Source of the DNA: Lama glama
Taxonomy: Eukaryota
Assembly (NCBI GenBank): GCA_028534125.1
Contig: CM052816.1
Coordinates: 84,198,001-84,262,000, forward strand
Length of the DNA stretch: 64,000 bases
Direction: 5' to 3'
Positions 54,515 through 64,000 of this stretch are shown here, piece after piece. Below the pieces are notes generated by a model, which did not search any database, was not told the DNA's origin, and worked only from the letters and a program-made list of their open reading frames with translations. The number at the start of each line of letters is the position of its first letter. The first letter of the stretch is position 1. The translations under genes were made by a program, and so were the position numbers.

Positions 54515-55321
54515 TGTAATCATTTTGACAGTTTATGTGTACTTTATTCTGTAGTGTTTTCCAACACTGCCAACCAATCATTTTTTGATTCTCTAGACAA
54601 CTGTGTTTTCAACAAATTAATTCAGTTCTCACACTAACTACCTGGAGTGAGCAGAGCCCCCACGGTTCAAGGGCTCAGTCCCACAAAACCGACCTTCCCA
54701 ACTTCAGAGAGGAGTTGCCAGCCCCAGGCTTGCCATACTTTTCATTGACCACCTATAAATCAGGGGTTCCCACTCCTCTCTTTTCAGGTTCAATAATTTG
54801 CTAGAATGGCTCCCAGAACTCAGGAACACATTTTACTTATATCTACCAGTTTATTATAAAAGAAACAAATGAACAGGTAGATGGAGAGGTAAACAGGGCA
54901 AAATCCAGAAGGGTCCCAGTCACAGGAGCTTCTATCCCACAGGGTTGGGACTCACCATCCTCCTGGCACGTAGATGTGTTCACCAAATGGGAAACTCTCT
55001 GCACTTTCAATGTTTAGGAGTCTGTAAGGAGGCTTCAGTGCATAGCCATGTTCAATCAGTTATTAACTCAATCTCCAGCCTCCCCCTGCCTCCCCAGAGG
55101 TTGAGGGATGGGGCTGCAAGTTGCAAGCTTCTAATCAAAGCTTGATCTTTCTGACGACAGTCTCCATCTTGAAGCTCTCTATCTAGGGGCCCTCCAAGAG
55201 GTGCCTCATTAGAACAAAAGGAGCTTCTATTATTCTTACATCACTCAGGAAATTTAACAGTTTTAGGAGCTCTGTGTCGAGAACTGGAGACAGAGACCAA
55301 ATATCTTTCTATGACGCCACA
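54515..55321 (-). mobile_element. MER21-like LTR
   Basis: 'aagggctcagtcccacaa', 'cagaactcaggaacac' and 'ttttaggagctctgtgtc...cagagaccaaata'. Confidence 0.8.
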
Positions 55322-55329
55322 CTCATAAA

Positions 55330-55857
55330 TGTGGAGCTGGCTGGCAGTCTCTGGAGTCATAAAACCCCCTCTCCTGGGCTTTCTATGTGCCTGGAGCCTA
55401 ATGACACCTTAGCCCCCACTCCCCACCGCAGGACCCTCTGCACACTTGCATTTCCGCAAGATATAAAACATTCTCTTGATGTGTGTTTACCCTAACAAAA
55501 CTCATCACCCCAGGTGATAGCCCATCTCACAATACACTAGGCAGACTGGTCTCATATCCTGTCCTTATCAAGGTCGTAAAACCTATTGTTCAGAGAAGTC
55601 TTTAACAGATCTTACAACCAATCAGGTACCTGTGCACGAATTCATCATGCAGCCCCTACTCCTGGCGTGCACAGATCCTTCTCCCCAATGAAAGACTCTG
55701 CACGCCCACCCTCGGTGCTTACCCAGGCCCCTCTCATCTGTGTGGCGCACTGTTGCCTGTAGCAGCGTCCCTATTAAACTTTCCTAAACTCTTTCTCTGT
55801 CTCTCCTAATTCTTCTGCCAACTCGAGTCACTGGCCCACTGCATTGTACCCATGGCA
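55330..55857 (+). mobile_element. Solo LTR, ERV-like
   Basis: TG...CA, GC-rich, CCAAT at about 55617, ATTAAA at 55773; TSD not evident. Confidence 0.65.
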
Positions 55858-57924
55858 ATCTCTACTCTAGAGTGTTTAAAACATGTTTTCCAAATCTGAT
55901 ATATTAGGCTTGTAATATTTAGTAATGTTTAAAGGCATTTATAGAATGATTTTGCTGTGACTGATATGCCTTTTAAGCCATAAGCTTTGCTTCAGTGATT
56001 TTTATTGTTTAGGAAAACAATGATGTATAAATTACACACAACTAACAATTGGGGAAAATACAAGCCATATTAGACAAAAGCCACTTCAAGCCTTATAGAA
56101 TCTATCCCTTTTGCCAATGCTCCTCAAGCATTAACTAAAGTATTAGTAAAACAGCTGGAGAGGAATCCAGAAAGGCACCGGAAGTTTAACCAGATGTGTA
56201 AAACGAAAAGAAAAATTAGGAATAGATGAAGACTACCTGAGGACTAAATAATATTTAAATGGAAAAAAATTCTTCATTAACATAAAGAAAATTTTAAAAG
56301 GTGTCAACATCTTCAATGAATTAAGGAGTGACAATGGCACATGGGTCAGTGATAACGCAGGGTTGTGTGTTGCATAACCAGATGATGCAAGATAACTTTT
56401 AAATCAAAATTGTACAAATATCATTTTGAGAATATGCCCAGGAGCCTGCCAGGTCATGGCCAGATGGTACTTTTATTATATTGATGGACTCTGAACACTT
56501 GCTTTGGTCTCTGCCTGGAGTTACCAGGACCTGACCCTACCTTCCATTATATGAAGTGCATAAAAGATTTATGTAGATCCCGGAGCTGGCCTGGGGATCT
56601 GAAGACTAAAAAGCAGATGATTTAAATATGCTTTAAATGACCATAATAGCCTTTGGCCAAACACTTGCCCCTGGCCACTTAGCTATTGTACAGTTTCTTC
56701 TCTTTCAGGCTGGTCTTACTACTTAATGATTCCACTTATTTTCTCCTTTGATGTGCTAAATTCTATGCCGTAGTTTAAACTTTGAGCTACATAGTGATTA
56801 GTTGATTTATAGTAATTTTTCGGTTACCCACTTTGGAGTTTGAGCTAGTTATTTGGTGAAGATTATTTTCAAATACTGTGAGTTGATTCTGAAAGAAGAG
56901 ATCATTATTTACTCTACCTGAAACAAATCCGAAAGTGTTAACTTAAGAAAAGACTACCTGCAGAAAACTCTCTGAAACTAAGGAGTTAAGGAACTGAATG
57001 ACTTTCAGATCTCAGAAAGACTGAGGATTTCGGCAGAGTTTTAAGAGAAAATTAAAGGACTGGCTGACATTCAGCATGGGTACTGGAGCAGAACAAATAC
57101 TGATTTGGCTGAACTTCAAATGATAAGAGTCACAGCCAAACTTTAACTGACTGTTCAGCGTAAAACCTTCTCTGTGGTTACCTGTCTATGACCAAAGAAC
57201 AGTAGGATAATTTTTTAAAATATATTTTTCTTTTTATTCTTAATGTCAGAGTTCAAGTGCTTAACACTATCTCTTTTATTTCAAGAAAGCTTCATAGTAG
57301 CTTCATAATCACAGAACCATGCACATCAGAAAAGAGGGAGGTATGGTTTTTGAAATGGATGCTTCATCTAAGAAGACATCTGGAGTCAGAGATGAGGAGC
57401 GAGAAGAGAAACACTCTCCTGCTCACTCTTCTGAGGGCTGTGAAATAAAGAGAAGTATCCGCTTGAGAGGTATCTTCAGGATAAAGCTAAGAATAACTTA
57501 CACAGGAAGTGTTTTATTTTAAATGGGATAGGAATTTCAAGGGACACCCTGAAGTGGAAAGAGGCAGAATAGTTGATGGAAGGTTAGCTGAAAACTGGCC
57601 CAGAATAATATATGGAAGAGAATACAGGAGAATATAGATGACCAGAAAAGCATGCATATTTGTCTAGTGCAAAAGTACTTTAACTCTGCTCAGACTTAAC
57701 GAGCAAGCATAATGAGGATTTCACATAAAGATAGATTGTTTTTAAGACTGCAATATTGTAGTCCTTATTAACGTTTCAAATAAAACATCACAGCTCTTTC
57801 TCCAAGGAGTGCAGCTTTCATATTTGCTGTTCTTTAATTCACTGGAGATAAACTGAAGCCTCTTATTTATTGTGACTTAATTTAGCAATAAAACAGTTTT
57901 ATGCAGTAATTTTGCCTTCTTTAT

Positions 57925-59050
57925 TCTTTATTTTTTTAATTCTTGATGAATAATTTACATATTCTAAAATTGACTCATTTTAACCTACCTTTCTATGAGT
58001 TTTGACAAAAAACAGACATTAATGGAAGCAAAACCAAAATCAAGATATAGAAAACTTCTATCACTCCAAAAAAATCCCATTACTCCAGCCCTTTCCAGCC
58101 ATTGATCTGTATTTTTTGTCCCTGCTAGTTTAGTTTGCCTTTTCTGGAGTGTCATAGATATATTTGATCACAGACTGTATGGTATTTTGGGTCTGGTTTC
58201 TGTCACTTAGTATAATGCACTTGAGCTCGACTCGTGGTCTTATATATGCCAGTACTTAGTTCACTGCTGTTGCTGAACAATATTTCACTGTATATAGACC
58301 ATAGGTAATTCCCTCATCCACCAGTTAATAGACACTGGGGTTATTCACAGTTTGGGGCAATTATGGGTAGAGCCAACATAAACATTCGTAAGAGGTTTTT
58401 GTGTGATTCAAAGTTTTTACTTCCCTTATAGAAGTTCTATCTAGTTGAGATTGCTGGATCTTGTGATAATGTAAGCTTAACTTTAAAATTTAGTGCTACA
58501 TAATTTTCCCTGTAGCTATAATATTTTACATTCTTACTAGTTACGAATGAGAGATTCAGTTGCCCTGCATCCTAGAAGCACTTAGCACTGCCGAACTTTT
58601 TTTTAATTTAGCCACCGTTATAGGGGTGTGATGATACATCATTTTGCTTTAGATTTATGAACTGAATACATTATTATGAATAATGATAGCAAGCAGCTTT
58701 TCATCAGCTTTACTTGACATCCATATGACTTCTTTCAGTAAAATGTCTCTTCAAATCGTCACTTTTTTTTTTCTATTGAGTTGTTTCCTACTATTCAGTT
58801 CTTGGGGTTTCATACATTCTGGAAACAAACGTTTTTTCAGATGTGTAGTTTGCAAAATATTTTCTCTTAATCAAGGATTTACAAATGTTTTAACACTGAA
58901 AAATTACATGTATCAACTTTTTACTTTATGGATCATGCTCTTAGCATCATACCTGAGAAAATTTTACTTAACCAAGATTTCAGGTAGTTTCACATATGCT
59001 TTCTTGTAGAAGTTTTATACCTTTAGGTTTAACATTGAGGTCTGTGATCA
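57925..59050 (-). mobile_element. L1MB/ME fragment
   Basis: Antisense L1 3' end motifs 'cacagtttggggcaattatg' and 'gattgctggatc'. Confidence 0.85.
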
Positions 59051-59089
59051 GGCACATGTGCGCGCGCACACACACACACACACACAATA

Positions 59090-60448
59090 GGGTGTGACTG
59101 ATACGTGGCTCTTGTTTTTCCCGTTTTGAATATAATTATCTGTGTTAGTTCGGCCATGTCTGTCCCACCATTGTATGTTGGGGCTGTGAGGGGATAATGA
59201 TAGTTCATTGGTTTTTCGATCAAGAGGAATTGCAATCAAGGAGATATAGCAAAGAAACAATACATGATGACCTCCACCTGCAGCAGATGGTGAGATTCTG
59301 AAGTTCTAGTTAATTCTATAATAGATGAAACTGGTGGAGGCTTTGTGAGGGGGTAAATATATTTCGCATGTGTGAGAAATAGAAATAATCTGTGGCTGCA
59401 GGGTGGACTTCTTGGTTTCATATGTCTACAGATACTTTGATACTTCCGTTAAGAGGTAAAGTCAAATAATACCATTTGCAGCAACATGGTTGGACCTGGA
59501 GATCATCATACTAAGTGAAATAAGCCAGTAAGAGAAAGAAAAATACCATGTGGTATCACCTATATATGGAATCCAAATAAAGAAAAAAAAGAAGACACTA
59601 ATGAATTTACCCACATAACAGAGACAGACTCACAGACATAGAAAACAAACTTATGGTCACTGGTGGGAAATGAGTAGGGGTGTGGAGGAATAAATTGAGA
59701 GTTCAGGATTTGTAGATACTAACTACTATATATATATATAATAGATCAACAACAAAGTCCTACTGTATTGCACAGAGAACTATATTCAATACCTTGTAAT
59801 GGTCCATAATGAGAAAATATGAAGAGAAATATATATATATAATATATATATACTTATATATATAAATACATATTTATATATATAAATGAATCACTATGTT
59901 GTACATCAGGAATTAACACAATATTGTAAATCAACTATATTTCATTTAAAAAAAAAGAGGTGAAGCCTAATCCTCCTTCCCTTGAGTGTGGTCTTATATG
60001 GTTACTTGCTTCTAATGAAGAGTAATAAAGCAGAAATAATAGTTTGTTACTTAGAAGACTAGGTTGTATAAACCACTGAGGCTTTCTATTAGCTCTCTAT
60101 TTCAGATTATTTGCTCTGGAGGAAGACAGGTACCATACTATGAGTACATAAGTTGCTATGGAGAAGCTTATATAGCAAAGATTTGAGGAAGCCACTGGCC
60201 AGCAGTCAGGAGGGAACTGTGGTCTCCTGCCAAAAGCCACGCGAGTGAGCCATCTTTTGATGTTCAGGTAAGTGTAGCTCTGGCCAACATCCTAATTGCA
60301 ACCATAATAAAACATCTTGAGTCAGAACCAGGCATCCAAGCCACATACAAGTTCCTGACCCACTGAAACCATGAGATAATAAATGTCTGTTGTCTAGAGC
60401 CACTAAGTTTTGGGGTACTGTGTTATGCAGCAATAGATAATTAATACA
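59090..60448 (+). mobile_element. MLT1F/G-like LTR (about 59409-60448) with a short internal remnant upstream, split by an L1
   Basis: 'cccttgagtgtgg', 'gttcctgacccactgaaaccatgagataataaatg' and terminal 'tgcagcaatagataattaataca'. Confidence 0.8.
59468..59954 (+). mobile_element. 5'-truncated L1 3' end of intermediate age
   Basis: 'ccatttgcagcaacatgg' start, A-tail, diverged 17-bp TSD (aagaggtaaagtcaaat 59451-59467 / aagaggtgaagcctaat 59955-59971). Confidence 0.9.
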
Positions 60449-61759
60449 CCAACTCAGACATGAGTCTCAGCTGGATTTTCCAAACACCAATGGGATAGCA
60501 ATTAACAGGCTGCTTTATCCTGCACCCTGGAAACAGCTATTATTTTAAAATTGCTTTGCATATTTTAAAGTAATGTATGCTTTATCTCATCGTTTGTCTT
60601 GCACATGTTGAGAAATAGTCATAATTCATACTGACTTATTTGTTGACAAACATAAAAACCTAAAAGATTAGAATTCCACATCAAATATTTGTCCACTTCT
60701 CAGAGGTAAAAAAATATAAGAAGTACACTTTTCTTAGTGAAGTTAACTACATACAAATTTTAAGAGGAAACACAGTTCACAGAAGGGTGCAAATAATTCA
60801 GTTCTTAATTGCATCAAAAGTAAGATTTCTCTGACAAAGAGATGAAAATCAATCTGGGTGTTTTGGTTTCTTTGATCTTGATTTATTTCTAATACCAATA
60901 TTCCTTGAATGTTTTTGCATCGTTAGTATCATATCAGAATCAAGATGTGTAACAAAACTGAGAATATTAGTGTCTTTTGTCAAAAGGCTAGCTCTGAAAA
61001 CAATAGAAATTCTAGATTATTTAAGACTTTTCATTTAAAACAAATTTAGCTTGGTAAATTATATATCTTCATTGTAAGTAAGTTAGTTTTCATTTCATAA
61101 TGTTTATTTTTGAGGTGTGTAGCTTCAAATATTTATTTTAAAAGTTGTTGAATGAACAGAGGATTAGTCTTTTGCTACTTACTGAGAAGATAATTTTCAA
61201 GTTCAATTATACAATGTTAATGCACTTAAGATTGTTGAGTTCTTGACGTAAAGATACAAATGTAACCTACAGTTTAAAACCTCACTGGAATAGGTATTTT
61301 CCATATAGATTTATGACTGCTGAGCAGCAACTGGAAAACCAATGATCTTTTTACCATCACTGAAAATAAATTCAACCAAGGACAACGACTAGTCAACCAT
61401 GAAATTGTGCATTTAAGCAGACTTCACACTGACAACAGAAATGCTGGAGGGAATTTATATATACTTGCTAGGATCTCGTCTGCTGAGTGTTATTCTGCAA
61501 AATCTTTTCTATGATCCATTTGTAGTGAAAACAGCAGTATATCCATTTGCTATTTCAGTGTCTATTCTCAAGACTTTGATATTGATCAAAAATAGTTAGT
61601 TCAAGTTTAAAAAAAGGCAATAACTCATATTTTCACTTCACATTTCTCCATGAAAGATCCTTTTGAATGATCAAGAATTGTCAAATATTGAGAAATAGCT
61701 TACAGGATAAAACTTATATCAGAAATATCTGTATCTAAAATATTAACTATATATAGTGA

Positions 61760-61915
61760 TCTTTTTCAAGGTAATCCTCAGAAACAAATACAGTTATAAT
61801 TACTAGTCCCTTTATTATGGGTTAAGAAACTAAGGCAAAGAGGTTAAGTAAATTGCCCATGGTTAAAATTTTGAAACCATTTAGTCTTTTTTCAAGTCCA
61901 TGCCCTTAACCACTG
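61760..61915 (-). mobile_element. MIR remnant
   Basis: 'aagaaactaaggcaaagaggttaagtaaattgcccatggt'. Confidence 0.75.
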
Positions 61916-64000
61916 GGTAATTTGATACAACCTCTAAGTAGGAGCATTACATGTACATATTACATATTCAATTACAATGCAATATCAACATTACATTTGA
62001 ATGTTTTAAAAATATTATTTAACAGTGTTTCTTATTTTGTGTATAATGTGTACAATAATTATAATGATTATGCTAGTTATAAATATATATATATATCATT
62101 CATTATTTTAAAAATATGTACTAGAAATTATATTAAGGGCTTCACATGAATTCTGCAAAAGTCTTCACAATAGTGTTCCATACTTGTTTTACAAATAAAG
62201 TAGTAATTTAAGGCAGATTGTGTTAACTTCTCTGAGACTTAGTGCTGATTTGTAGCAGATTCAGGATTGAAACACATCCATTTAAAGGACATTAATAAAA
62301 ACTAACCTTTTATTTTATTGACTTTTTATTATATTACTAAAAACTATTTTAAGTCAACATTGATGTTCATGGATTTTTCATTTGTATCTGATTTATCTGA
62401 AATTAGGTGGAATGCAGCAAACAGGGATTAAAAACCCTACTTTACAGGCCTGAAAAGTGAGTGAACCACTGGATAAAAGAAAACACAAGAAAATGACAAT
62501 GAATAATTATTGGATATCCTTTATATACACCATACTATTCTTTTTTAAACATTTTAATATATACATATCTTATGATCTATTCTAAAATGTTTCTTAAATG
62601 GATTTTTCATCTCATTTAGGAGCATATTGTGCAACAAAACAGAAATATTCCATAGTAATTTAGGAAAAAAAAACGATCTGTGGCATAATATGATGAATAC
62701 ATGATTAATGTGAACTGATTACTAGCTATTGTGGATGCACAGTCCAAGGCTTTAATAATCATACTTAATATCCTAAGACACAGTGCCAGAATTAAGAATG
62801 AAAATTTTACATTTGACTCACAGTTGTGTTATTTATCATGTTATTGTTGAATAAATATAAGCATTACATAATACTGCTTTAGTTTTCTTAATTTAGTTTT
62901 ACCATGTGAAAATTAAGATTTTAAGTTGAATAAATTTCAATGAAATGAATACAAATGTTTTTAAAAAGAGCTATGGAATCTAAATCAAATGTTCAGCTTT
63001 TCTATAAACAATTACTAAGTGAATTTTATATTTGAAATTGAAGGTCATTTTGGGACATTATCTTCATCAGGTCACCAAAATATTCATTAAACAGTATTGT
63101 GGTTAATTCATAAGGAACTTAAGACATTAGACTGCAAAAATTTAAAGGGTCAGGGAAAGTTGGACATATGAAGGAAGGATAAAAATAACTGTTATTGTTT
63201 GCTAAATATAGTTCTCTAAGGACTGAATGCAAAAGAGATGACAAAATTAAGATGAACTACAAGATGGGATGGAAATGACAGGCATGAGAAGTCACATTTG
63301 CATCTCCACTTCACTTTCTATAAACAAATATATTCCATCAAAATGATATATTTCAAAAGTTGCTTCCCTTGCAATTTTCAAATTTCTGTTCTATAATTTT
63401 TCATACTGTAGGTTAACATTATATATTGTATAAAATTATTAAATATAATTTTAAGAAAAAAATAACTAAGAACAACAACTAAACCTTGTTGACTTACAGA
63501 TTTACACAATCACTAAAGATTCTATTAAATACAGCAGTATCAAATGTTTAGATACTGATCCTTATCAGTATAGTCCCAAATATCATGTTACTTTCCAACA
63601 TATTTATGACTCTGGGGTAAAGCCAATGTTTATCTCTTTTTAGCAAGATAACCATGTGCATATCTGTCATGGGATAAACAGATTCACAATGTTAACAACT
63701 TCTGAAAAAAACCTGTTTAACAACAAAAGAACACATTGGCAGAAAATATTGGTTGCCACTTCTAAGCACAGAAAATGGGTTGCATTCACTCCTTTTAAAA
63801 TTCAGTTTCTTTCTTGACAAAAATTTACTTAAACATCCAGAAGCCATATAAGGGAATCAAAAATGCTGTAAGCTCAAACATGAATTTTGACAAGGGAACA
63901 CTTGTTCTAGAATTGTCATCAGAGCAGGTGTCTGCATTGAGCAATAATAGACATTTCAAGCACTAGAAGTGGCAGAAGCAGAAAGCAAAGGAAAGCTTTA

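Noticed and set aside
56300..57240. Possible ERV internal or LTR remnant
   Set aside because: Could not be assigned; no diagnostic motif.
63535..63570. Overlapping short inverted repeats (CAGTATC/GATACTG and ATACTGAT/ATCAGTAT)
   Set aside because: 7-8 bp stems are too short to support an RNA gene or MITE.
1..64000. Prokaryotic-type system (CRISPR array, operon, defence island)
   Set aside because: The sequence is mammalian and repeat-rich; there is no regularly spaced repeat-spacer array and no listed ORF exceeds 163 aa.

Overview
AT-rich, CpG-poor placental-mammal genomic DNA (intronic or intergenic), not prokaryotic. No recognisable intact protein-coding gene is present, and the short ORFs in the track look like chance or repeat-derived frames. 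The window is dominated by interspersed repeats: old L1M, L2 and MIR fragments, MaLR (MLT1) LTRs including a two-LTR provirus, an ERV-L integrase remnant with its LTR33-like LTR, MER21/MER5/MER45-like elements, ERV1-type solo LTRs, and three younger 5'-truncated L1 3' ends with target-site duplications (TSDs). The young L1 3' ends, and the absence of any recognisable Alu, Bov-A/tA, PRE1 or SINEC elements, suggest a camelid (inference). Repeat names are by-eye recognition and old-repeat boundaries are approximate. The most notable observations are: (1) a 41-bp copy of a locus-specific L1 twin-priming inversion junction inserted 1.75 kb away in a (TA)n tract; (2) several other short local duplications; (3) a second inverted L1 with a possible gene-conversion patch; (4) a candidate minus-strand exon ending ATG-TGT-CCT-AAG|GT near 42 kb. 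I found no support for a new multi-gene system.
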